A stretch of DNA of 64,000 nt from Eledone cirrhosa. Taxonomy: Eukaryota. Below are positions 50,560 through 62,929 of this stretch, piece after piece. The notes under the pieces were generated by a model, which was not told where the DNA came from, ran no database searches, and was given only the letters and a program-made list of their open reading frames with translations. How positions within the stretch are numbered: the stretch's first letter is position 1; every line of letters starts with the position of its first letter. The position numbers and the translations under genes were made by a program. The DNA lies in NCBI GenBank assembly GCA_964016885.1, contig OZ024740.1, forward strand, positions 204,848,001 through 204,912,000, given 5' to 3'.

Positions 50560-52534
50560 TCATCATCATCATCATCATCATCAGGTTTAGCGTCCGTGTC
50601 CCACGCTTGCATGGGTTTGGACGGGGGTTTTCCCACTTGAGGCAAGAGTGGTTGTCTTGCTCGCATAGGACTGTCTGGCGGGTTTTCTACAGTTGGATGC
50701 CCTTCCTAACACCAACCACATTTACAGTGTGGGGCTGGGAGGTTTTTACCATGTTGCCTACACGGCCACATTACAGCGTGGACTGTCTGGCGGGTTTTCT
50801 ACAGCTGAATGCCCTTCCTAACACCAACCACATTTACAGTGTGGGGCTGGGAGGTTTTTACCGTGTTGCCTACACGGCCACATTTACAGCGTGGACTGTG
50901 TGTTTTTTTGTCGTGACACCTACACGATCTCATTTGTTTCGGCCTGGATGTTGTGGCACCAACATAACTTTACATTGAAGGGGGCGGTGTGGATGGGGTG
51001 GAGGTGGTGGGACGGGGTTGTGTTTTGATAGAGATGCCTACTGACTGTAGTAGGTTTTTACTTTGTATTTAGGTAAGGCGGGTCTTCTCTATTACTGAGT
51101 ACCGCCAAAGGTCTCGGTCCAGTGACATTGTCTTGGAGAGGTGTAAGCGTGTGAGGTCGGAATTTATCAGCTCGTCCCATGTTTTTCTGGGTCTGCCTAC
51201 TCCGTGGCTACCGTCTATCTTTATTGCCCTGCACTTTGTTATACAGCAGTCGTCTTTCATGCGCATCACGTGACCGTACCAACATAGCCTTCTCTCGAGT
51301 AAACAACATCTGATCCCTCTTATTTCTAATTTTTTCCTTAGTTCGTTTATGCTTTGCCGTTCACGTATATTACTATTGCACATCCAGCGGAGCATGCAAG
51401 CTTCGTTCCTCTCTAGTCTGCGTATATCCTCTGCACACAATGCCCAGGTCTCACTGCCATGCAGCATTGCTGTTCGTATGCAGGCATCGTATAACCTGCC
51501 TTTCATTTTTAGGGAGAACCCTCTAGCGGCTAATAGTGGTATAAGCTCTCTGAACTTTTTCCATCCAGTTCTGACTCTAGCTACTGTACTTTCAGAGCAC
51601 CCTCCCCCACTGCTGATTTTATCACCCAGGTAACGGAAGCTGTCCACTATTTCTATAGAACCCTCTGCGCAGTTGAAGGAGCTAGTATTTTTTGGGCACT
51701 TGCTGCTACCTATTGCACCAGAGCACCGGCCACATGTAAAATCTATGTTCTTAGTTAGCTTACCTGTGATCCCACTACATCTTTTAAGCACCCATACTTT
51801 GCATTTGGGACATAAAATGGAGTTTCTACCTACGCCTTTCCTACACACTGAGCATGGCCATTTCCCAGATGGGACCGCCGCCTTATTTTCTTTCCTACAA
51901 ACTAGAACTTTAGTCTTAGTCAGGTTAATTTTAAGGCCTTTTGATTCTAGGCCGTGCTTCCATGTTTGGAATTTCTTCTCTAGTTCGGTCATTGATTCAG
52001 CTATGAGCGTTAGATCATCTGCGTATAGGAGTTCCCATGGGCAGCCAGTCTTGAACTCCTCTGTTATAGCCTGAAGGGCAATAATAAATAGTAGGGGGCT
52101 AAGAACAGAGCCCTGATGGACACCAACTTTTACGCTAAACTCTTCACTATATTCGTTGTTAATTCTAACCTTGCTGACTGTTTCTTTATACATGGCTTGT
52201 ATAGCTCTCACAAGCCATTCGTCAACACCTAGTTTTCTAAGAGACCACCAGATAATGGAACGGGGGACTCTGTCGAAGGCTTTCTCCAAGTCGACGAAAG
52301 CTAAGTATAGGGGTTTACTTTTAGCTAGGTACTTCTCCTGTAGTTGTCGTACAATGAAAAGAGCGTCTGTGGTACTTTTGCCTGACACAAACCCGAACTG
52401 CATTTCATCTAGATCAATTCTCTCTCTGATTAGTTGCGCTATTACTTTTTCCGTGACCTTCATGACCTGGTCGATTAATTTAATGCCTCTATAGTTACCC
52501 CTATCTAGGGCATCTCCTTTTCCCTTATAGCAGT

Positions 52535-52535
<1 letters not shown>
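50557..52535 (-). mobile_element. RTE family A, 5'-truncated (ORF 51069-52463)
   Basis: RT motifs, (ATG)n tail, ~110-bp tandem duplication in the 3' UTR (50670-50900). Confidence 0.96.
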
Positions 52536-52589
<54 letters not shown>

Positions 52590-52605
52590 GTATATATATA
52601 TATAT

Positions 52606-55600
52606 CAGGTATATATGTTAGGTTGCTCTCGAGTGCTACTGGTAACATGTAACCCAGTACTACCTGTCTCATGGTCGGGTCGTCGGCGACTAAACCGGCA
52701 ACCCCATCAAGCTTGCTTGGTGAAGAGGGTGATATTTGGACACCCTGCGGGATGAAATACAAAACCTGGCAAAGGACGGAGGAACTCAGCAGTCAATGGC
52801 CATCCAAATAGTACTTTTTTTTTTTTTTTTTTTCTTTACTTTCTATGAGACGGAAAATCTGAAAAAAACCTGCAGCTTTGGAAGCATCCGATGATGTTGA
52901 CCAGTTCTCCTTTTCGGGTAGTGTTTTCGATGCTCAGAGAGTGGGATTGGTCGCATGCAAGGCCTTTCCCCACTTAAAAAACCTTCAAAGCACAGGCATT
53001 GGTCGTTCAGGATCTGTTACAGGTTCATGTGGCTGGCCATAGCCTAAAAGTGCACCAAACTCTATGATGACAGATGATAACCTTGAAGTCAATGGCAGTA
53101 AGGGCTCTGGAGCTTATTGTGAAGGGGTCTGGCTCGGCAGGTGTCCCATGGCACCGCAGCGTGGGCCCGGTCGTCATCCTACAACTGCAAGGAGGTTCAA
53201 ACCTCTGAATATTGGATGTTGGAATTTAAGAACTTTACTGGATTCCCAGTCCAGTAAAACTCGCTCTGAAAGAAGATCTGCTTTGGTGCCGAGGGAACTC
53301 GATTGCCGTAGCATGGACATCGTTGCAGAAACGAGATTGGCAGGTGAGGGTCAATTCACAGAACAAAAGGGAGGATATACCTTCTATTGGAGTGGTGGAG
53401 CAGAGGGTTGTAGGAGAGAGGCAGGGGTCGCATTTGCAGTCAGGAATGGAATCGTCTCAAAGCTGGAAAATCTTCCTTGTGGATTCAATGATCAGATAAT
53501 GTCCATGAGGGTCCCTATGATTCAAAACCGCTTTGTGACTCTGGTCAGTGTGTACACTCCTACTATGTGTGCTAGTGATGATGAAAAACTAAGTTTTTAC
53601 ATGTCTTTGAGAGAGGTCATCCATGGTATACCTTATGCAGACAAGATTGTCATCATTGGTGATTTTAATGCACGTGTTGGTAATGACTGGGAAGCTTGGA
53701 GTGTGATGGGCAGGCATGGAGTAGGTAAGTGCAATAACAATGGCCTACTTCTGTTGCAGATGTGCACTGAGATGGATCTTGTTGTTGGGAACACGCTCTT
53801 TCAGCAGAAAGACAAATATAAGACAAGTTGGATGCATCCAGGTTCCAAGAAGTGGCACCTTATTGACTTCGTTTTAACGAGAAAATGTGATATCAGGGAT
53901 ATCACATTGGTTCATGTATTACGAGGCGCGGAATGTTGGACTGATCATCGTCTGGTGCGCGCCAGGTTTCAATTTGTTGTGAAGCCCAAAGTAAGGGGGA
54001 AGAAGGTTGCACTTCCAAAACAACTAAACGTGGCTCGTCTGAAAACAGAGAAAGTCTGAGCTGTCGAGGTCCCTTGAGTCCATAGAATGTGAAAACACTT
54101 GGGAATCATTGAAGAAAACCGTCTATGATGTTAGTGCTGGAGTTTTGGGTCATACCAATAGAAAGCATAAAGACAGGTTTGATGAAAATGATCCAGTGAT
54201 CCAGACCTTGCTTGAAGAGAAACAAAAAGTGCTGACATCATTGTTGTGTGAGACACGTTCTGACAGGAGTGACCGGACCTTCGGGCAGATCAAGGCACGT
54301 GTGCAACATCGATTGAGAGCCATGCAGGATACCTGGTGGAGCCAAAAGGCTGATGAAATCCAAAAGGCCTCAGATAGACATGATACAAAGCTCCTATACA
54401 GTCTGCTCAGGGAGGTGTATGGTCCGACCAGTTCACAAATATCACCACTTCGCTCCAGGGACGGCAAGGAATTGCTCAGAGATCCGAAGGAAATCCTGAT
54501 CAGGTGGCATGACCACTTTGATGAGCTTCTCAACAGACCATCAGAAATTGATGATGAGTTCATCCGGTCGATTCCATCCAGACCTACAAAGCTGGCAATG
54601 GCTGATCCTCCTTCATTTGATGAGGTGGCGAAGGCCATTGCCAAATTAAACAGCGGCAAGTCACCTGGAATGGATGGACTGAGTGCCAAGATTTTCAAGT
54701 GTGCTGGTGATAATTTCTTAAACCACCTCACTGATCTCTTTGTGAATGTTTGGAATGAAGAAGAAGTGCCACAGGATTGGAAAGATGCACTGATGGTGGT
54801 ACTTTACAAAGGAAAGGGAGCCAAAGATGACTGTGGCAACTACAGAGGTATTCCACTGCTATATGTGGCTGGGAAGATCTTGTGCAGGATATTGTTGGAC
54901 AGATTGATACAGCACATTGCTGTTGAGGTACTTCTTGAGTCCCAATGTGGCTTTAGGAATGGCAGAGGCACTGTTGACATGATCTTCTCGGCCAAACAAC
55001 TTCAATCTGACCAAGGCATTTGACACCGTTAATCGGAAGGCTTTGTGGGTTATTTTAGAGAGATTGGGCTGTCCTGAAAAGTTTCTGAACATTCTGAAAC
55101 TCTTCCATGATGACATGCAGGCAAGGGTGAATGTTGGAGGTAAACTGTCTGAGCCAATCTCGGTTGAAAATTGTGTCAAGCAGGGTGATATACCCGCACC
55201 AACTTTGTTTGCCTTGTATTTCGCGATGGTGTTCTTCATGGCCTTCAAGGATTGTCAACACGGTATCTATCTCAGATATCGCACTTCCGGCAAGCTGTTT
55301 AACCTTAGGCGTCTCACTGCCAACACTAAGATACTGAGTACCTTGATCAGAGAATTTTTATATGCAGATGATTGTGATCTCTTTGCACACTCCCAGAGTG
55401 ACATGCAACACCTTATGGATTCTTTTTCCAATGCGTGCAGTGCTTTGAGACTGACAACTAATCTGCTCCGGATAAAGTTTTCAATGAACCCTGCATACAT
55501 GTATACGGTCAAAAGCTGAAGGCTGCTGACACATTTGTGTATTTGGGGAGTACTCTGAGTGTGACCTGTTCTCTGGATGCAGAAGTTGGTCTACATGTTA

Positions 55601-56420
55601 GTAAGGCAAGTGAGTCATTTGGAAGGCTCAACGACCGTCTTTGGTGCAGGCGAGGAATCACAATGAGGACCAAGGTGAGAGTGTATGCTGCATGTGTACT
55701 GTCAGCTTTGCTGTATGCATGTGAGACATGGGTTGCCTACAAACGGCATATCCACAGACTGGAACGGTTTCACCAGCAGTGTCTCAGAGAGATGCTTGGT
55801 ATCAAGTGGCAGATGCATGTGAGTGATCTTGAGGTCCTTGAGAGAAGTGAGTGTCGGAGCATTGAGAGTATCATCCACCAACGGCGTTTGCGATGGACCG
55901 GACACCTCTGCAGAATGGAGGATGATCGAATCCCAAAACAACTCCGATTCAAGGATTGTGTAAAGGACTCATTGAAAAAAACTGGTTTGATGATGGCTGA
56001 CTGGGAGATAGAAGCTCTTGAAAGAGAAACTTGGCGTGGAATGGTGAATGATGGAGTCCATAATTTTGAGGACAGACGCATAGAGCACAAGAAGATCAAA
56101 AGGGATGTGCGTAAGCAATGCCTTCGTGTATCTTTCGAAACGATCGGTGTCTCCATTGAATTGAAGTGTCCTGAATGTGGAAAAATTTGCTTGAGCAAAT
56201 CTGGTCTCAGGAGCCACAGTTGCAGCCATGTTCAAAGAGAACCAGTGACTTATGATCTCCACGGTGTTGTGATGCGGGACCTCAAGCCAGGGAGATCCAT
56301 AGTTGTCGTCAGTGTGTGAAGGAGTGCAAGTCTCTAGCAGGCTTGAAAAGCCATATCCGAGCGTCCCACATCTGAATCTGACAAGCGATTGCAATACTCT
56401 TGGCAGAGTTTGCAGCCATC
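52606..56420 (+). mobile_element. Near full-length RTE/BovB-like LINE family B (APE + RT + two C2H2 fingers), disrupted
   Basis: GCWNLRTL, ETRL, GDFNARVG, WHLIDFV, TDHRLV; ESQCGFR, KAFDTV, VKQGD.PAPTLF, LYADD, YLGS, RWTGHL.RM; (TA)n at both ends. Confidence 0.95.
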
Positions 56421-56462
56421 ATATATATATATATATATATACATGTATGTATATATATATAT

Positions 56463-57573
56463 ATCATCATCCTCGTTTAACGTCCACTTTCCACGCTAGC
56501 ATGGGTTAAACGGGAGTTGTCCCACTTGAGGCAAGGTTGGCCAGGTGACCGTGTCTCGCTCATATAGGACTATTTGGCAGATTTTCTACGGCTGGATGCC
56601 CTTCCTAACACCAACCACATTTACAGTGTGGAACTGGGAACTTTTTACCGTGTTACCTACACGGCCACATTACAGCGTGGACTGTGTGTTTTTTCTCGTG
56701 ACACCTACACAATCTCGATCTCATTTATCTCATTTATTTGGACTGGATGTTGTGGTACCAACTTTATAGAGGGAGGGTGGTGTTGGTGGGAGTGGGAGGA
56801 TAGGGTAGGGGTAGTGGATTGGGGTGTATATTTGGTTAAGAGGTGCCTACTGACTGTAGTAGGTTTTACTTTGTATTTAGGTAAGGCGGGTCTTCTCTAT
56901 TACTGAGTACCGCCAAAGATCTCGGTCCAGTGACATTGTCTTAGAGAGGTGCAAGTGTGTAAGGTCAGAATTTATCAGATCGTCCCAGGTTTTTCTGGGT
57001 CTACCTACTCCGTAACTACCATCAATTTTGATCGCCCTGCACTTTTTTATACAGCTGTCGTCTTTCATGCGCATCACGTGGCCATACCAACGTAGTCTTC
57101 TCTCAAGTAAACAGCATCTGATCCCTCTTATTCCTAATTTCTCACTTAGTTCATTTATGCTTTGCCGTTCACGTATATTACTATTACACATCCAACGGAG
57201 TATGCATGCTTCATTCCTCTCCAGTCTACACAGGTCCTCTGTACGCAATGCCCATGTCTCACTGCCATGTAGCATTGCTGTTCGTATACAAGCATCATAC
57301 AATCTGCCTTTCATTTTTAGAGAGAAACCTTTTGTGGCCAACAGCAGTATAAGCTCTCTGAACTTTTTCCATCCCGTTCTGACTCTGGCTACTGTACTTT
57401 CAGAACACCCTCCACCACTGCTGATTTCGTCACCCAGGTAATGGAAAGTGTCTACTATTTCTATAGAACCATCTAGGCAATAGAAGGGGCTAGTATCCTG
57501 TGGACACTTGCTACCTATTGCACCTGAGCATCGGCCACATATAAAATCTACGTTTTTAGATAGTTTACCTGTG
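56463..57573 (-). mobile_element. RTE family A, 5'-truncated
   Basis: ORF 56877-57573 is homologous to the C-terminus of the other copies; (ATG)n tail. Confidence 0.95.
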
Positions 57574-57575
57574 AT

Positions 57576-57608
<33 letters not shown>

Positions 57609-57911
57609 CAAATATAAATTAGCGAGAATTGCATTTCGGCTATTGGAAATTAGCGAAAAACAACTTCCGAGATGTGTGGCAAGCGCTCCATAGAAACGAG
57701 TGAACTAGAGCAACAATATACATTAAAAGGCCAAAGACACTGAGATGATGGTTAAACCATTAACCGCAAAACCATAGAAACGACCAAGCTATTCGGGTCA
57801 AACAAATAATAAAATATGATTGAAAATTATACCCGGACCCCTGGAAACGGTGGTAAAATCCAATATGGGGTTTCTGCAACTCCTAAATCAGGTACTGTCT
57901 GCTTAAACAAA

Positions 57912-58302
57912 TAATTGTTTCTATTTTTGGCACCAAGTCAGGTTATCCCAGTGTATTACGGGTACTTTATTTTATCGACCCTGTAAGGATGAAAGGCAAA
58001 GTTAACCTCGGCGGGATTTGCACTCAGATCATAAAGGGAGGTAACTCTATGCTTCAATGCGTGGCGCCCGACCCTCTACCGATACTGCCAATCCACCGCC
58101 CTGCTTAAACAAATAATTGTTTCTACTTTAGGCCCAAGGCCAGCAATTACCCAGTGCATTACTAGTACTTTATTTTATCGACCCCGTAAGGATGAAAGGC
58201 AAAGTCAACCTCGGCGGGATTTGAACTCAGATCGTAAAGGGACGTAACTATGCTGGAAAGCATGGCGTCCGACCCTCTACCGATACTGCCAATCCACCGC
58301 CC
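57912..58302 (-). mobile_element. Two S1 SINEs at one target site
   Basis: ctgcttaaacaaataat occurs three times (57899, 58101, 58303), bracketing both copies. Confidence 0.9.
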
Positions 58303-58534
58303 CTGCTTAAACAAATAATGTTAAGCTTTTGGTATGATGATCGAACAAGAAAGTGACTTTTTCAACAGGCATTTAGTTCTATGCAAAGCTAAGGAACTGA
58401 CCGTTATCTGAACCCACGTGGGAGGTTAGAAGGGAGACAACCCCTAGTCTTGGCGGATGAATTCAGTATGTGTGGTTATTGCAAAATTGCAAAATATCAC
58501 AAAACGAATTAAGCTCTTGACAGATATATATATA

Positions 58535-58697
58535 TATTATGGATAGTTTTAGCGTACGGCGTTGCTTGACTCAACGTAGATGACGAGTTTATGATTTCAT
58601 CTACGTTGAGTCAAACAACGCCGTACGCTAAAACTATCCATAATAAGTATTCACAACCTCTAATTGGATTACCTATAACGATATTTCGTTATCCTTT
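58535..58697. repeat. (TA)n-embedded fold-back element, palindrome 58535-58644 plus tail
   Basis: tattatggatagttttagcgtacggcgttg..ctcaacgtagatga / tcatctacgttgag..caacgccgtacgctaaaactatccataata. Confidence 0.85.
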
Positions 58698-58722
58698 ATA
58701 TATATATATATATATATATATA

Positions 58723-59378
58723 TCATCATCATCATCAACGTTTAACGTCCGTGTTCCACGCTTGCATGGGTTTGGACGGGGGTAGTCCCACTTGAGGCAA
58801 GAGTGATTGTCTTGCTCGCATAGGACTGTCTGGCAGGTTTTCTACAGTTGGATGCCCTTCCTAACACCAACCACATTTACAGTGTGGGTCTGGGAGGTTT
58901 TTACCGTGTTGCCTACACGGCCACATTACAGCGTAGACTGTGTGTTTTTTTGTCGTGACACCTACACGATCTCATTTGTTTCGGCCTGGATGGCGCGGCA
59001 CCAACATAACTTTACATAGAACGGGGTGGGGGGTATTTTGTTAGAGATGCCTACTGGCTGTAGTAGGTTTTACTATGTATTTAGGTAAGGCGGGTCTTCT
59101 CTGTTACTGAGTACCGCCAAAGGTCTCGGTCCAGTAACATTGTCTTGGAGAGGTGTAAGTGTGTGAGGTCGGAGTTTATCAGCTCGTCCCAGGTTTTTCT
59201 AGGTCTGCCTATTCCGTGGCTACCGTCTATCTTTATTGCCCTGCACTTTGTTATACAGCTATCGACTTTCATGCGCATCACGTGTCCATACCAATGTAGC
59301 CTTCTCTCGAGTAAACAACATCTGATCCCTCTTATTTCTAATTTTTTCCTTAGTTCGTTTATGCTTTGCCGTTCACGT
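58723..59378 (-). mobile_element. RTE family A, short 5'-truncated copy
   Basis: Last ~100 codons plus 3' UTR and (ATG)n tail. Confidence 0.95.
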
Positions 59379-59572
59379 ATATATATATTATTCAAAATGT
59401 TAACAAATGAAAAATATTCTCATAATCAAAATATATATTTTATTATACATATTTCAAAGGTACTATGTTTATCTCTGCAGGATTAGATAAGCTCAGGCAT
59501 AGATACTAATTAATTAGGTTCTATGGCGGAAATCATTCAAAAGATGTCATGTTATCATTATTATTGAGCGTA

Positions 59573-60170
59573 ATAAAGTACCAGTAATGCACTGGGTAAT
59601 TGCTGGCCTTGTGCCTAAAGTAGAAACAATTATTATTGAGCGTAATGGCAGTGGATTGGTAGTATCGGTAGAGGGTCGGACGCCATGCTTTCCAGCATAG
59701 TTACGTCCCTTTACGATCTGAGTTCAAATCCCGCCAAGGTTAACTTTGCCTTTCATCTTTACAGGGTCGATAAAATAAAGTACCAGTAATGCACTGGGTA
59801 ATTGCTGGCCTTGTGCCTAAAGTAGAAACAATTATTATTGAGCGTCAGACACCATGCTTTGCAACATAGAGTTATGGCCCTTTACGTTCTGGGTTCAAAT
59901 CCTGCCGAGGTTAACTTTACCTTTCATCCTTATGGGGTCGATGAAATAAAGTACCAGTAATGCACTGGGATAATTGCTGTCCTTGTGCCAAAAGTAGAAA
60001 CATTATTATTAACAGTTAAGGCAGTGGATTGGCAGTATCATCGGTAAAGCGTCAGACATCATGTTTTGCAGCATAGAGTTATGACTCTTTACCTTCTGAG
60101 TTCAAATCCCGCCGAGGTTAACTTTGCCTTTCATTCTTATGGGGTCAATAAAAGTAGAAACAATTATTAT
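59573..60170 (+). mobile_element. Cluster of four S1 SINE copies/fragments
   Basis: Repeated S1 bodies separated by duplicated attattattgagcgt and attattattaacagttaa. Confidence 0.88.
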
Positions 60171-60778
60171 TAACAGTTAATTTTAATATTTGGCTATATT
60201 CAATACATCATCTTTATTCAGACCACTATGTAATTAATTTGCATAATTTATGCATAAGCTCTTGCTTGCGTTTCTTTGACCTTGTATTATGACCTGTTTC
60301 GTAATCAGAAAGATCATTTTCAGTTAAAACTTCTGCTATAGGCATCAATTAATTTTCATTCTTTTATATATTACCTTTTTTTTATATCGCAGTAAATTTA
60401 TTCACACAAAATATTTTTAGCACATGGAAATTGCTGCCTACTACGAGAACTGAATATTATATATACATGTGTATATTAATACTACTTGTTGGTTATCTGT
60501 CATTAAGTAAACGAAATTACTTGGGGAGGGAAGAAAAGTAAAAAAAGAAAATTCAACTAAACATTAATTAAAAAAACACAAGAGGAGAAAAGAAAAGGAG
60601 AAGAGAGAATGAAGTAGTTTTTAGAGAAAGTTGCATTTTGCTGAAGCATGTGCCTAACTGCCCACACATCTGCCTACCGTATTAGCTTACAGTTATAAAC
60701 ATACTGATAAATAAATATATATATCTATTCATCATCATCGTTTAACGATATATATATACACACATTTATATATATATA

Positions 60779-60963
60779 TATGAAAAGATTCAGGGGGCCG
60801 ACGGCTGAGCTCCGTCCGTTTCGACAGCTAGATTTCGACGTCGAAACGGCCGAAGCTCAGCCGTCGGCCTGCTGAATCTTTTCATATTACCCACCCTACT
60901 ACTCCAAGTATCGAGTACTCTAGTGGGTTATTGTCTACTTGGTTTTTACCACACCCTATCTGA
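60779..60963 (+). mobile_element. Fold-back family P1 copy, palindrome 60779-60886
   Basis: gtc-GAAA-cggc-cgaagctca-gccg-TC-ggcc; tail tactactccaagtatcgagtactc. Confidence 0.75.
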
Positions 60964-61338
60964 TATATATATATACACCCATATATTATATATATGTATA
61001 TATACACACACACACATATACATATATATATAAATACACACACACATATATATATGTATATACACACACACACATATATTCGGAGACAGTGTCAATCTTT
61101 GTTAAATCTATTCCTGAATATTTATTTTAATTTCACTTTAAAAACTTGTTTTCCTTATATAAATTTCTCTCCTGTTAAAATTCAATCTACAACAGACCAG
61201 AGCAACAACAAAAAATATTTCTTTCTCATATTTTCCAATCTTCATAAATATCTGGTTTGTTTATTTTCAACTTTTTGGATATGTTTATAACATAGTTTCA
61301 TTGAAATCGTGGTCACTGCTTTTAAATTCTTTCACATA

Positions 61339-61623
61339 CAGTTGTTCCTCGGTATCGCGGGGGTTACACTCCTAGAAGAGTGAAAAACCGCGAATATAGG
61401 ACGTGGTCCATAAAAATGCTTATAAACGTCAAAACAACGTAAAATATAGACCGGTAAATATGGTATATTGTTATTAATAATTTAGCGTTAAAAAATATAT
61501 ATTGCCACGTAAAAAGTAATTAAAAAATCACGGAAGATATTTACGATTCCGCGAATAATTAATAATTAGATTCTAAGTTAAATCCCGCGAATAACCGGGA
61601 CCGCGAATGCCGGAAGTACACCG
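61339..61623. mobile_element. Tigger/pogo-like MITE
   Basis: TA-cagttgttcctcggtatcgcggggg start; repeated cgcgaat sub-terminal motifs; degenerate right TIR. Confidence 0.6.
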
Positions 61624-62929
61624 TCACCGTATATATTTTAATTATCTTTTACTTAGATTCTATTTCTTCCCCTCTTAATTATCTACCTATCTGTAAGGTA
61701 TTTATTTCTACCTCCTTATATATCTATTTATTTCTATCTACCTCAATATATAATTTAAGTTATTTGTCAGCCAAAATTCCCCAGCGCCGATTGAACTGAA
61801 AACTGAATATCAGTGTGTTTTTATAAAAGAACAAAAAAAAAAAAACAGCAGCCGAACGAAATAAAATACATTTGTCATGCCTGGTGTTTGTTTGACAGGA
61901 ACGATTTCCTTATTCCCACTAAAAGGACACACATAACCATACACATTAGTTATATATTAAACACAAATAATATGGATGTATTTATTAATTATTGAACTGT
62001 TACTCTTACAGGACTAGTTCTATTTCTTTCGGTGAAAAATCGTCAGAGAATTATTTTCTTTATCGAAACAGAACTAGTCCTGTAAAGGTTACAGGTCATC
62101 TTCCAATAAAACGAGTACCCTTACTCTCTCCACACAAACACATGCCCCAGCATAGCCGTCCTCTAATACATGCGTTACAGTAAAAGTAATACAAAATTTG
62201 AATAGTTTTAGTTTATTCATATTAGCTATTTAAACTATAAATAAATTTTGTCCACCGTTTTAAAAAAAAATGTGTGTGGGTATGTATGTATGTATGTATA
62301 TATATATATATGTGTGTGTGTGTATAGTCGTTTGTTGCACTGTAAAAGGGGAAAAAAGCCTCTGCTATTTTATAAGTAGCCCGCTCCTAGGCCAAGATTG
62401 AATAAACCGTTTATGAAGGACACTTATGTTTTAAACTGTTTACAGTAGTTAGATAGCACAGCTATATATTATCATCGTTTAATGTCCGTTTTCCATATAT
62501 ATATATAATGTATGCATAGTGTATGTAGTAAATGGAGAGTTTAGATTGAGGGATACCGTCATATTTTTTCTCCATTTTTCCTTGTCTTTCACCTGCATTT
62601 TGCTAATTTCCCAATACTCCCACTGATATTTAATTTGTTTGTTTTTTTTAACTTATAATCCCTCTTTTCTCATTTTTCAAATTCTTTTCGTTCGTGCCTT
62701 ATAGGTTTTGAAATAATGTTCATCCTGTCTCATCACTTAGCTCAAATCCTCCTTTCTCGCGTGTATGAATGCAGAGCAGAAAACAAATATAAGAGTTTGA
62801 AATATTTAAAAAAATAGGTAGGGAGGGAGACAGAGAAAAAACAGTTACGGAATGGAACATAAAAGTGAAAATAAGGGACATTTATTAGATGTAAGCAAAG
62901 AGATTTAAGAATGACTGAAAGGATCGAAC

